64,000 nucleotides of DNA from contig CAWBQK010000015.1 of assembly GCA_963791045.1 (NCBI GenBank), positions 32,001 through 96,000 of the forward strand, given 5' to 3'. Source of the stretch: Candidatus Latescibacterota bacterium. Lineage in GTDB: Bacteria > Krumholzibacteriota > Krumholzibacteriia > WVZY01. Both the position numbers and the translations under genes were made by a program. Under the pieces are notes generated by a model, which was not told the DNA's origin, searched no databases, and was given only the letters and a program-made list of their open reading frames with translations. Below, in pieces: positions 51,502-62,974 of this stretch (position 1 is the first letter of the stretch; every line of letters begins with the position of its first letter).

Positions 51502-51918
51502 CTATCTCCCTTTTGTTTCCTGGATCACTCGTAAAGGACACCCTGACCGCATTGGCTTCTTTGAGTTGCTCCATTACATCGGAAACAACTCCGTTTGGCG
51601 TCCTGTGATCGGCGTTGAAGGCAACGATCAAGAGTGGGATTCTCAGCCATGGAGTTCAACATGAGATCCTTGATTTGCTTCAGTTGAACCAGCTTGTCCT
51701 GGATCGAAATATGCCCAACGGGATCGATCCAAACCCTGAGGATCTGTTCGCGTTTCTGCTTCGCGGCCGTTTCGGCGCGCGGAAGCGTGATCGGCAGACC
51801 CGTCCTCCATCTTAAAGATGGTGGTTGTCATGAAGAAGATCAACAAGAGGAACGCGATATCCGCCATCGAGGATGTCGGCACCTTGTTCTCGATTTTCGA
51901 ATCGCGGTTAAAATTCAT
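51502..51918 (-). CDS. exbD: ExbD/TolR subunit 2, frameshifted (probable assembly errors)
   Basis: PTSSMADIAFLLLIFFMTTT; other frames continue PITLPRAE and VVSDVMEQLKEANAVRVSF. Confidence 0.8.
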
Positions 51919-51921
51919 CCC

Positions 51922-52336
51922 TTATCCCCCACCGTACGGATTCATCGTCTTCAGAGATATCCTCCGCGCATCGGCGAGACGAAGTTCATCCAGAATATCG
52001 ATCATCAAACCATAATCGCTGTCCGGATGGGTTTCGATGACGATAACAAGCTTTTCATTTTCCGCGAGCTTTCTCTCGATGAGCGGTCCTCAGCCGCGGG
52101 AAGCGGTACGACTTCCTTGTCGATTGCGATCGAACCGTTGGCATTAGCCTGGACGATCAGAAGATTATTCCGCTTCATCTTGACCGATCGTTGATTTCTG
52201 ACCGGGAAGAACAGAGGAATACCCTGCTCAAGCGCAAATATCGTCGTCACAAGAAAGAAGATCAGGAGAAGGAATGCGATATCGGACATCGCGCCCGCAT
52301 GAATCTCCCGCCGGTCTCTTTTTCGCTCTTTTTCAT
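51922..52336 (-). CDS. exbD: ExbD/TolR subunit 1, frameshifted (probable assembly errors)
   Basis: MSDIAFLLLIFFLVTTIF; C-terminus in another frame THPDSDYGLMIDILDELRLADARRISL. Confidence 0.8.
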
Positions 52337-52348
52337 GCCCACGATACG

Positions 52349-53243
52349 CTCAATTGGAGCGTCGTCGCCAGTGCGATTACTGCGCCTTGTTCCAGCTCGA
52401 TAAGCTCGTTAATAAGTTCAGCGCTGGCCTCTTCCATCTCGGTGATAAAACGGTCGATCTGCGCGACAAAGAAGTTGTGCATGATATTCTGCCGGAATAG
52501 CGATAATAAGACCTGTCGCCGTTGTGATAAGCGCTTCCTGGATACCCGACGCCACGAGCTTTGCGCTGACCTGCTCGGCTGCCGCGATCGCGGCAAACGC
52601 GCTGATCATACCGGACACCGTTCCAAGGAACCCAAGCAGCGGCCAACGTTACCAACCGTAGAGATCGCGACGAGACCTCTCTCGAGAAATGACATCTCGA
52701 TCGTTCCAGATGTCTCGATGGCTTTCTGCCACCGCCTCCGGACCATGATTGGCTCTCATCAAACCCGAATGAAGAATGGCCGCAATCGGGCCGCGAGTGC
52801 TTTCACATTCTTCAAGTGCACCTTGAACTCCGTATTCGCGGAGGGCATTTATCACTCGTCCCATCAGACGCTCTAACATTCGTGCGTGCGCGGGACAACG
52901 TCCAAAGCCGTTCAATGATAAACACCAGGCCGATGACAGATGCGAGCAACAGGAGATGCATGAACAACCCGCCCTCATATAGTTCGTGCCGATACCGCTG
53001 TTCTTCACACGATAGGAAAAAGTGCTTTGTTCCTTCTTTGATCATCGCCTGGATTTCCTGGCGAGCACAGTCGAGTCGTTGGGTGCCATTGCGAGCGAGT
53101 CGGTAGCAGGTGCGACGTATACGTTGGAGCCGCAGTCGCCGGCGCCTCCTCCTCTTGTGCCCCCAGCAAATATCCCATGGCGAGCAACACCAGCAGAGCA
53201 TTGAGAACAATAGCGCTCGATTAACAGAACGGTTCACACGCAT
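52349..53243 (-). CDS. exbB: ExbB/MotA/TolQ proton channel, multiply frameshifted; 3' end approximate
   Basis: Fragments [38 protein letters not shown]...[24 protein letters not shown]...IDRF...ME. AAAGGAG SD. Confidence 0.82.
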
Positions 53244-53442
53244 CGCAACGAACTCCTTTACGACAAGTTAATGTTGTGGGAAGATTGTAATACGAATAGC
53301 TTCCTATAGAAAGAATTAGCATTTTGCCGCGTAACAAAAAGAGTTCTAATCCACCAACATGGATGGTGTCAATACAAAACTGAAGACCTATGGGGAGTCG
53401 AAGCCAGGTGGGGTGGGCAACCTAACTCAAGGTCGGTCCGCT

Positions 53443-54997
53443 TCACTTAGTTAGCATAATCGAACTACTCTCCAACTTATACCTGCCATAACCTTCTGTG
53501 TCAATGAAAATAAACCTCATACCGATATCTTGCTCCATCGCCTTGTCCCGCTCGCGAATCGGGTTTCCGCCTTCGGTTCGTAGATCCAGAGCTCGTAAGG
53601 GAACCCAACGTTGCCCTGCTCCCCAACCACGCTGATCCGGCGGGCATCGACGACAATATTCTCGCCGGGCCGCGAATACCGCAGCCGCGTCCCGTTGGTG
53701 CTGTAATCGACCGGGTGGTATTTGTCGTCGACTTTCTGCATGGCGTCGGAGATCGATTCCCTGTTTTCCGGCACCACGTCAACCTCCATATCGTCTGGGG
53801 GGCCATATCGCATATAAATCAGCCGCGCTCTCTGAAAATAATCCCGACTGGTAATCGGTAAACTTGCTGTTTGCACGTATGTCCAGCCGGGCCAGGAACT
53901 CCTGATAGGCCTCGTTGTACCCCGTATATGGTGTCGGGATCAAGTTCTTTCCACATGGTCATCGAGATTTTTTCCTGTTCGCCAAGACTCTATGTTCTCA
54001 AAATCCTTAGAAATTCTCTGGTCGCTCAGGAGAAATCGGGCCTCCGTCAGGTAGTCCGCCGGGATAACCTCCCAGGTTCGATGTCCCACGCCATGCTAAA
54101 TCCCCGACCGCATCCGCACCAGGAGCTGATCGGATATTCCGGCATTCACATAAAGCGTGTACCAGCCGGCATCAACGTCATTGATATCTTCCTTTATCAC
54201 AATAGGATAAATAACGAGGTGGATCTCCCGGCAGCGACTTGAGCTTTGGCAGCGGAAGCGCCGATTCTCTGATCAGATCTCGCCTTCGGAATCGAGCATC
54301 TGCATCGCAAAATCGATGATCCTGGTGTCGACCAACGATCGGCGGCACATAGGACTTCAATATAGACACACAACGAGTCCCGATGGAGACCGTAAAGCGG
54401 GTCGGGTTTGGGTGAAACGAATCCGTTCTGGGCCCTTGTTTTCGACTATTCCACAGAAATTTCGCCCCGCTGACCGACATCGCGCATCCGGGTTGAAACT
54501 CGGGGACGGTCAGAACGGTAGTATTCCACGCTCCTGAGTCGTTGTTTGCCACCCACCATTCCCACAATGAGACTTTGGGCGAATTATATCGTCCAGACCT
54601 CGCAGGCGAGGATGTAGTCCCCGTTTTGCGAGATTGAACCTCTTGATAACGGTGTGGAACTGGAGACGGGCATCTCTGCTGCATCTTTATTGGTCTCTCG
54701 TGAATTTCAGATCCTCGTTTATCGTTTCAATGACCTTCCCCCGCGGGTTCATTATCTCGATCCGCAGGCGGACCTGGCCTTCGTATTTCCCCTCCACCTC
54801 TTTGAACCTAAGCTCCGAATTGCGGACCCTCAAATACACTTCGGTGACCGATTGTCCGTCGTCCCCCAAAAAAGTCGCCGAATCAAAAAAAAGTTCGAAA
54901 TTGCCGCGGCCGACAGTGGGCGCGGCGGTGGAGATTCCCGCAGTCATCAGAAAGTGATGATGAGCAAACCGAAGATATGATTACGGGAAACTCTCAT
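53443..54997 (-). CDS. GWxTD-family exported protein (copy 2), multiply frameshifted
   Basis: GGAGG-ATG at 54997; FFDSATF...TEVYLRV; IYMRYGPPDD...PYELWIY...MRFIFIDTEGYGRYKL* parallels the C-terminus of copy 1. Confidence 0.72.
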
Positions 54998-55040
54998 GGG
55001 CGCCTCCATGCGGGGTCGAAGTGTCTTATCTACAATCAAG

Positions 55041-56085
55041 TTAACCAGTGAACGTCCAATTCTCAACAGAAATGGGCACCCAAGGGTGGGGTGCCCATTT
55101 TAAAGATCGCTTTCCGGCCTCCGATGAGCCAGTAACTAGTAGCTGAATCCCAGCGAAACGCGATGGACATCGCCAAGGAATCCCAGAGCTTCCCAGGAAT
55201 AACCGAAATTCAGATCCGACGTCTGTGTCGTATCGATCTGAAGACCGAATCCAGCCGCGGCTCCCTGCTGTCATAACCAAAGTTGTATCCTCCCCGAGGA
55301 TAGAAAAACTGGTTGAACGAATACTCGCCGCCAAGATTCACCGTTTCGGTATTGTCCGAGGGATGACCGAAAACTCGCCGAGCGCCAAGAGACTATGCGC
55401 CCCGCGCTGGTACGCGGCCATGGACAAACCAATCTTGAATGTCGTTGGGATTTTCGAGTCCCGGCTATCGTAATCGACTTTACCGCCGAGACTTTGAATC
55501 ATCATACCGAGCCGCATACCCCTGAAACCGATCCTGTAGATAAGACCGAAATCAATCGCATACGTGTTCACGCTTTTTTCCGCAAGTCCGGAGTGAATGA
55601 AATGAACCGTTCCACCGGCGGAGAACTTGTCGGTGAAGAACTGCGCATAGGATAGAGCCAAAGACATATCACCGGCATCGAATTCGCGTCCCGTTCCACC
55701 GGGCAAAAAAATCGTCCGCTCTTTTTGCGGATCGAGAGACAGCGCTCTGCCGAGGCACCCCACGTACCGGGCAAAAACGGCATGGTAAACACAGCCGACG
55801 CATAGTCCAGCGCCATATCAGCCGGCCAAAACGTATGCTCCAGGACAATTGCCGTATTGGTGATATCAACCATACCTGCAGGATTCCAATAAGTTGCCGA
55901 AGCATCATCTGCCAACGCCGTAAACGCGCCGCCCATACCCGTCGCCCGCGAGGATGGGCCGATCTTAAGAAATTGGAGAGAATACGTACCAACTTTGGCG
56001 AACGGTTCTGTCGCCAAACGTGGATGGGCATAAGGAGGACCAGACAATCACGAGATCATAGTCAACAAAACACTTTCGATCGCAC
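55041..56085 (-). CDS. PorV/PorQ-family (UPF0164-like) outer-membrane beta-barrel, frameshifted; 3' end approximate
   Basis: GAGGAGG-GTG start; KVGT.SLQFLKIGPSSRATGMGGAF.A.ADDASA.YWNPAG; DMSL.LSYA..FTDKFS.G; AIDFG.IY; IPTTFKIG. Confidence 0.85.
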
Positions 56086-56169
56086 AGTCCAAACCTCCTC
56101 GGACTCTATTTGGACCCTGTGGGGGCAACATCATACAATGCGTAAAAATCTACGATTCAACAGTTTAAT

Positions 56170-59100
56170 CTAAAACTCAAATCCAAACCCGATCCGCCAG
56201 ATTCTGTGTTGTTCCAAAACGTCGGATCGTTGACCGGGAATAAAATCATCTACGCCCGTCATCGTCGATATCCTGAAGATACGCGCCGCCGTAACGCCCG
56301 GTCTCGGTCAGATAGGATCCGTTATCCATTCCGCGCAACAACCATGCCGGGGAACACAGCCGGAGCATCTCCGTTGGGTAAGAGGATATCTTCGTCGAGA
56401 AGATTCCGGCCCTCGAAGAACAGCGTCAATTCGCGTCCGTAAATACTAAATCTCTTACGACCCTGCACACTCAACCGGTGCTGCGGTCGGCAGACGCCGC
56501 GAGTTTTCCCAGGAGGGATCCTGCAGACGGGCGAACCGGTCGATCGGTGTCCACGGCAAACCGCTGCCATACGAGTAGATCGCCGTCGCACCCCAGTTGT
56601 TTCGATCCTGGAGACGCAAGGTCAGGTTGAACGTATGCCGCTGGTCCCAATTGAGCGGAAGCTCATCGGTCGGAAGGTGAGTAAGTCCCTCCGCCGAACG
56701 GCCAAAGTCAGCGTCGCTGGCCACGCCATCGGCAAACGAGTACGTGTAGTAGGCCTCGAACCCAAAGTTCCTCGTCAGACGTTTCTCGAGCGAAATCTCC
56801 AGACCGCGCGAACTCGCGTAGGTTTTATTGATATAGCGGATGCTCTGAATGTTGGTCGAGTCATCGGTCACACGTGTTGATGAAACCAGTCCGTAAATGT
56901 CTTTGCTAAACACGACGAAGTTGCCCGCCAGGCTTTCGGTGAACTGATGGGAGATCCCGGCCTGATAAGAGACGGTCAGCTCCTCACCAAGGTTCGGGTT
57001 CCCAAGCGTTCCGAACGTGCCGATAGCATCCTGCGTGGCAGAAAAGGTACTCATGGCTCGGCCACTGCGTAAATCGGCCATAATGGAAAAAGAACTTGTC
57101 CCGATCGGTGATCGGGAAACGCAAACCCAAGCCGCGGCGACCAGTTAAACTTATGTTTCTCGACTTGCGGATCAACTTCCGCGCTGTTGATCAGAATTTC
57201 CTTGTTGTTTCCCGTGGAGAAGTACTCGAAACGAACCCCGCCGTTGACGACCATACCCTCGTATTCCCACTTATCCTGGATGTAGAGGGCTGCCTCAGGG
57301 TTGAAGTTCCGGAATTGGTTAACATTTAGACCCTGCTGAACGGATCCATCGGCGTTGAGACGCTGGAGTCCCGGTTGGGTTCGGTCGTCTTGATGGAGAT
57401 CGTTGTAGAGCACCATGAAGCCGCCCTTCAATCGATGCCCTCTGACACGTTCCGATGTCAAGTCGCTCTTGATCAGCCATGTCACCGATTGCCTGTCACG
57501 ATAGAACGGATAATCATAGGCTGTGACAAAATAGGGATTGTCGCTGTCGGTGTACCATACCGACTGGCTCACACCACTTCGAATCTGGGATCCATCCGGC
57601 ATATCGGTAGGGAGACCGGCCGTCGAGTATTCCGCCGGTTCTTTGCCGTTGACCGTGCGTTTCTGGTTAAACGCGATACGACTAAGATTGACCGTGTATA
57701 GGAGATCGTCAGAGATGTTGTGATTGAACCCAAGCTTGAGCTGAAGGTTCGTGTTTTCGGTTTCCGGCGTCCGGCTCGCAGAGTTGAACCATACGTATGA
57801 AGAATCTTCTGCGAAGTTGCTGAATCCACTGCCCGGGAACTGGAATCCTTCAAAGAGAACCCAAGGCCTGTATTGGCCCAAGAACTCGCCGTTTTCGTTG
57901 ACTATCGCCTCATCCCAGAGAATCGTAATCGGGTCGGCGCTGCCCTGACGGGGAATATCAACCGCTCGGAAATTATAGTAAGTAATGAGCTGTTGCTCGT
58001 TTGTTTCCGGGTCGCGGATCAGCTGTTCGACAACGACAAACCGCGGATTCGGCTGTTTGGTTTGATCATTCACGTCATTGAGCCACTCGCCTTCGTATTC
58101 GGACCAGATGCCGCCGAACTCGAAGACATCAACACCCGACTGCGTCGCTCGCAGACTTTGGAACAAATACTGTTTCTGAGTGTATCCCTGAATGTTCCAG
58201 TTGTGATAGTAGGTATCAAACGTCGACTTCTGGATAATCGCCTCACCGGTTACTTTGAACGGCGCATTGTTCCATGTCACTTTTGATTGAAGGTTGTAGC
58301 TGTGGTTCATCCGTTCGCGCCACTTGAGCCAATCGGTCACCTTGGTCTCTTCGCGCGGTTCAACCGTATTATTCTCTCCGTCCGAGAAGGCAGCCTCGCC
58401 GGAGATATAGTACCTGACGCTCCGCCACGGAGTGGGACCACCAAGGCCGAGGCTGACACGGTCAAAGTTCGTGTAGGTTTTGTCCTGCCGGCCAAAGTCA
58501 TCGGTAAAATACCTGAATTCGCCACCGAAAACCGGCCCGCCTTCTTTGGTCTGAACATTGATAACACCGGACTGGGCGTTACCGTATTCGGCGTCCATCC
58601 CACCGGCGATGAACTCCGAACCCGACGTCCCCAACATCCCCACACCCATCGCTCCCCCGCCAAGAGGGTCATCGACAGGAACACCGTCGATCTGCATCTG
58701 AATCTCACCGGTTCGACCGCCACGCGCGTGGAGATCGTCTCCCGTTTTGACGATACCTGTCTTGAGCGCGATCGCGTCGATCGCGTTATCAACGGGCATT
58801 TCCTTGACCTGCTCCTCAGAAACAGTCTGGCGAATATCCGAAGATGTCACGTCAACCATTTCGCGTTCACCGACCACGTTAATAACCTGCGTCGTCGCAA
58901 CGATCGTCTGTTCGAGTGGAAAATCAAGTTCAACGAGCTCTCCGGCATTGATAATGACACCCGGACGCTCGATCGTCTTGTAACCCATCATCATCACTTT
59001 GACGGTATACGTTCCCGCAGGGACACCGGTAACGTTGTAGCTACCGTTGTCCAAACTCATCGCTCCCTTGGTCGTCCCCGCCAACACGATGTTTGCGAAA

Positions 59101-59246
59101 CCAAGAGGCGCCTTTGTTTTCGAGTCTGTGATCTTGCCGGTGATCTGCGCTGTCCCCTGAGCGAAAACGGCAACATTAGAAACGCAGAGAAGAGCAAAAA
59201 GGAGACACGCGCCGGCGAGCAGCCTCACCTTAGCATCTCCAAACAT
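56170..59246 (-). CDS. TonB-dependent receptor with N-terminal CarboxypepD_reg-like domain; 3' part frameshifted
   Basis: G.ITD..T..PL.FANI; plug RGGR.GE....IDG.P, GG.DAEYGNAQSGVIN..TKEG; barrel fragments SPRLG.AFP, GNPNL, WDQRHT; C-terminus RIGFGFEF*. Confidence 0.9.
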
Positions 59247-59401
59247 GGCGTACCCCTTTCGATATTCCCGAGTTAGCGGTTGTTCTGGGTGGGGACCGAA
59301 CAACAGATCAGAGCTTAAGAAAAAGTCCCTAAGATCGAGGGTGGGGCCACTATAGCATAGTCGCGGAATCGATTCTAGCGAATAAACTGACTTCCAAACA
59401 A

Positions 59402-59430
59402 AATATATTTTACGCCGAGCGCTGTGTCAA
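59402..59430 (-). promoter_or_regulatory. Sigma70-type promoter of the TBDR operon
   Basis: Minus strand TTGACA-17 nt-TATATT. Confidence 0.6.
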
Positions 59431-59444
59431 CCATTTTGCCGCGC

Positions 59445-60443
59445 CTAACTTACGTTCTCTTCTTTGGCGACCCAACAGCTCACCAGATGCCCCCCAATGG
59501 ACTCGAGCCCGGGAACGTCCGTCCGGCACCTTGGCTGCGCCTTCGGACACCGCGGATGGAACGGGCACCCCGGGGGTACGTCGGCCGGGCTGGGAACATC
59601 CCCCGCGAGGACAATCCGGCTACTGCGCCGTTGCGGATCGAGACTGGGAATCGCACTCATAAGCGCCTGAGTATAAGGATGTTTTGCATTTCGATAAAGA
59701 GACGTGCTATTGGCAAGCTCAACAATTTTCCCAAGATACATCACGGCGACTCGATCGCTGATGTACTCGACAACACTCAAGTCGTGCGCAATAAATAGAA
59801 ATGTCAGACCGAACTCCTGTTGGAGGTCCTTGAGGAGATTGAGAATCTGAGCCTGAATCGACACGTCGAGCGCACTGACGGGTTCGTCGGCAATTATAAG
59901 ATCGGGTCCGACGGCGAGGCTTCGCGCGATACCGATCCTCTGCCTCTGACCTCCCGAAAACTCGTGCGGGTAGCGATTCATATGATCCGCGGGGATCCCC
60001 ACTCGGTCGAGCAGATCCGCGACCCGGCGTTTGACCGCGGGACCTTTTGCAAGCTTATGAATTTTAATAGCTTCGGAAATCATACTCCCCACCGTTAGCC
60101 TGGGATTCAGAGAGCCGTACGGATCCTGGAAAATGATCTGCATCCGCTTTCTGAGGCGGCGAAGCGGCTTTCCCTTTAATGAGAGGACGGGAATCCCGTC
60201 AAACAGGACATCCCCCGACGTGGGTTCGATCAGTCGAAGGATCGCGCGCGCCATAGTCGTCTTACCGCACCCCGATTCGCCCACCAGGCCGAGGACCTCC
60301 CCACGGCGAACTTCAAAACTCACACCGTCGACGGCCTTCACATGCCCGGCGACGCGCGAAAAAAACCCCTTCCTCACGGGAAAGTACTTTTTGAGATCGC
60401 GAACCTCGAGAAGCGACCCGTTCTTATGTTCTGATTGATTCAT
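59445..60443 (-). CDS. oppF: Oligopeptide ABC ATPase OppF/DppF
   Basis: [40 protein letters not shown]. Confidence 0.95.
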   Translation of the reverse strand: MNQSEHKNGSLLEVRDLKKYFPVRKGFFSRVAGHVKAVDGVSFEVRRGEVLGLVGESGCGKTTMARAILRLIEPTSGDVLFDGIPVLSLKGKPLRRLRKRMQIIFQDPYGSLNPRLTVGSMISEAIKIHKLAKGPAVKRRVADLLDRVGIPADHMNRYPHEFSGGQRQRIGIARSLAVGPDLIIADEPVSALDVSIQAQILNLLKDLQQEFGLTFLFIAHDLSVVEYISDRVAVMYLGKIVELANSTSLYRNAKHPYTQALMSAIPSLDPQRRSSRIVLAGDVPSPADVPPGCPFHPRCPKAQPRCRTDVPGLESIGGHLVSCWVAKEENVS

Positions 60444-60460
60444 TCGCAGAGACCTTCATG

Positions 60461-61444
60461 TCAGTTCGTTTCGTCCGCCGCGACATCTTTCCAGCACCGC
60501 GTCATATGGCCGGGTGCAACTTCGCGCAGCTCGATCTCACCACGTGAACATCGTCCCTCGGCAAACGGGCACCGCTCGCGAAACCGGCACCCGGACGGGT
60601 ACGCAAATGGATCGGGGACACGCCCCGCAATCACCTTGAGTTTCCCGCCCTTTTGCGTGGGCCTCGGGATAGATTCCTGGAGTCCGATAGTATAGGGATG
60701 GCGCGGCCGATAGAACAAATCGACGACCGATGCCGTCTCAACCACCTGCCCGGCGTACATTACAACCACCCGCCTTGCCGTTTCGGCGATGACCCCCAGA
60801 TCGTGTGTAATCATTAATACGGCCATCCCCAGCCTCTCTTGCAGGGACTGGAGAAGTTCGAGTATCTGTGCCTGGATGGTAACGTCGAGCGCCGTCGTCG
60901 GCTCATCGGCTATGAGGAGGCTCGGGTTGCACGACAACGCCATCGCGATCATGACCCGCTGGCGCATCCCCCCGCTCAACTGGTGAGGGTAGGACTTCGC
61001 ACATCCGCGCGGATCGGGAATCCCGACGAGCTGAAGCATGTCGCGCGTTCGTTCGGACGCCTCTTTTTTACCAACGTTCTGGTGGAGCAACACGGCTTCG
61101 TCGACCTGGTACCCGCAGGTAAAAACGGGATTGAGACTCGTCATCGGCTCCTGGAAAATCATGGAAATTTCGTTTCCGCGGACCCTACGCATCTCGCGTT
61201 CGGAGAGAGCCAACAGGTTGTTGTCTTTAAAAATAATTTCTCCGGAGTCGATTCGACCGGGGGGGCTCGATATTAAACGGAGAATGGCAAGCGCGGTAAC
61301 GGTTTTGCCGCAACCGCTTTCGCCGACAACGCCAAGCGTTTCGCCGGGAAGCACGTTAAAACTCACATCGTCGACAGCCGTCGCCGTTCCCTGCTCGGTG
61401 CGAAAGCTGCACGTGAGATTTTTGATTTCCATGAGGCTTTGCAT
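60461..61444 (-). CDS. oppD: Oligopeptide ABC ATPase OppD/DppD
   Basis: [38 protein letters not shown]. Confidence 0.95.
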   Translation of the reverse strand: MQSLMEIKNLTCSFRTEQGTATAVDDVSFNVLPGETLGVVGESGCGKTVTALAILRLISSPPGRIDSGEIIFKDNNLLALSEREMRRVRGNEISMIFQEPMTSLNPVFTCGYQVDEAVLLHQNVGKKEASERTRDMLQLVGIPDPRGCAKSYPHQLSGGMRQRVMIAMALSCNPSLLIADEPTTALDVTIQAQILELLQSLQERLGMAVLMITHDLGVIAETARRVVVMYAGQVVETASVVDLFYRPRHPYTIGLQESIPRPTQKGGKLKVIAGRVPDPFAYPSGCRFRERCPFAEGRCSRGEIELREVAPGHMTRCWKDVAADETN

Positions 61445-61599
61445 TGAACACCCGATGTTGAAGTCCGCTTCAGCCGTCTATAGGGCACTCTAGATTCTCC
61501 CGCCCCAACGTATCAAGCGAAATCACCCACGCATGTTGGCGACGGCGCGGCTGTGTCCGAGGCAACACGTGCGATCTGCCTTGCGCTCGCACTACGCTG

Positions 61600-61854
61600 C
61601 GCAGGCGCGGGTCCTGTCATCGATCACCCCACGCTTGCTCGCTTAAGCTTCGTGCGGCTTACTGCCTGGGTTGTTGGAGCCATTGGTCACGATACCCGCA
61701 CTTCGCTCACGCTGTTCGCCCGGATCGCTGATTCGCAGATAGCAGCGATTTGCACTCGGTTTACTCATGCGCCGGCAACAATGCCGTGCGTGCCACCCGC
61801 ACTCCGCTACGCTCGACGTGCGCGGGGGCCCCATCGATGCCACCCGCGCCTGCG
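61600..61854. repeat. Intergenic element bounded by 13-bp perfect inverted repeats (MITE/REP-like or structured RNA)
   Basis: CGCAGGCGCGGGT (61600-61612) and ACCCGCGCCTGCG (61842-61854), with an inner CATCGAT/ATCGATG pair and repeated CCCGCACT..GCT.CGCT motifs. Confidence 0.55.
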
Positions 61855-61857
61855 AGT

Positions 61858-62949
61858 CTAACCCATTTTGACGTCCATGGCGTCGCGCAGGCCGTCCCCG
61901 AAGAGGTTGCACGCCATCACGGCGAGAACGATCGCGAGGCCCGGGAAAAACGACACCCACCACGCCGACAGAAGAACGTCGCGGCCTTCGAAAACCATAA
62001 TACCCCAGCTCGGCGTCGGCGGCTGGACGCCCAGGCCGAGAAACGACAAGTATGATTCCAACAATATAATAAGAGCGATTCTCAAAGTTGCCGATACGAT
62101 CACCGGCCCGAGCGTATTCGGAATGATATGGCGCCACACAATCGGGAGACGTCCGACCCCGGTGGCGACGGCCGCCTGGACGAATTCCCGTTCCTTTAGC
62201 GACAGCACCTCTGCGCGGACCAGCCTGGCCACACCCATCCAACCGGTGGCGGCCAGCACCACCACCACGATCCAGAACGAGTTCGCGAAGAAAGCCACAA
62301 GTGTCAGCAATAGCAGCAGCCTCGGAAACGAAAGCAACCCATCCACCACGCGCATCAAAAGGTCGTCGAGCCAGCCTCCCGCGTAACCGGCGAACGCGCC
62401 GACGAGCATTCCGAAGCACGAGGCAAGGAGAACGGAAAGAACGCCGACGGCAAGCGAGACCCGCGCGCCAAAAACGACACGGCTGAAAACATCCCTCCCG
62501 AACTTGTCCGTCCCGAAGAGGTGCGATGACGATGGCGATTTGTACTGCTCGATGGCCGGCTGGTTTTGAGCGGCGGGATCAAATGGAGCAACGAGCGGCG
62601 CAAGCAGGGACACCAGCACGAAGGACAAGAAAACGACGAACCCAACCACAGCCGTTTTGTTTGCCCGAAACCGCCGAGTTCTGTCCGCAAAAATTTTGCC
62701 CGACGACCTCCCCCCAAGATAACCCGGCATCACGGCCCCCGCATAAACGGCGAGCAGGCCCGCCGCGACTCCGGCGCCGCCGAGAAAGTCAACGGTTACC
62801 GGCGAAGTAAAGAGTCGCGCGAGCGTCCCCGCCCGCGCGATCACCACGGCAAGATATGCGTAAAAGAACACCGAAAACAACACGGCGACAAAACGATTCC
62901 CGCCGGTCGCGGCGCCTGGAACAAATTTTGGGCGCGAACTTGATTTCAT
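61858..62949 (-). CDS. oppC: Peptide ABC permease OppC (locus 3) with an N-terminal hydrophobic extension; start uncertain
   Basis: HLFGTDKFGRD, EFVQAA.ATG, SFLGLGVQPPTPSWG, NLFGDGLRD. Confidence 0.9.
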   Translation of the reverse strand: MKSSSRPKFVPGAATGGNRFVAVLFSVFFYAYLAVVIARAGTLARLFTSPVTVDFLGGAGVAAGLLAVYAGAVMPGYLGGRSSGKIFADRTRRFRANKTAVVGFVVFLSFVLVSLLAPLVAPFDPAAQNQPAIEQYKSPSSSHLFGTDKFGRDVFSRVVFGARVSLAVGVLSVLLASCFGMLVGAFAGYAGGWLDDLLMRVVDGLLSFPRLLLLLTLVAFFANSFWIVVVVLAATGWMGVARLVRAEVLSLKEREFVQAAVATGVGRLPIVWRHIIPNTLGPVIVSATLRIALIILLESYLSFLGLGVQPPTPSWGIMVFEGRDVLLSAWWVSFFPGLAIVLAVMACNLFGDGLRDAMDVKMG

Positions 62950-62974
62950 ACCTTTATCCAGACATTTGTCCGCT

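Noticed and set aside
51500-57130. Alternative genetic code, selenocysteine read-through or DGR hypermutation as the cause of broken genes
   Set aside because: Breaks are frame changes, not in-frame stops; all three stops end normal genes elsewhere; no reverse transcriptase or TR/VR pair.
61560-61857. CRISPR array or integron attC interpretation of the intergenic repeats
   Set aside because: Repeats are short, degenerate and irregularly spaced; no cas or intI genes, and no RYYYAAC/GTTRRRY ends.
61643-62419. 258-aa minus-strand ORF running into the oppC-oppD gap
   Set aside because: Out-of-frame overlap with oppC, low-complexity Arg-rich composition, no SD.
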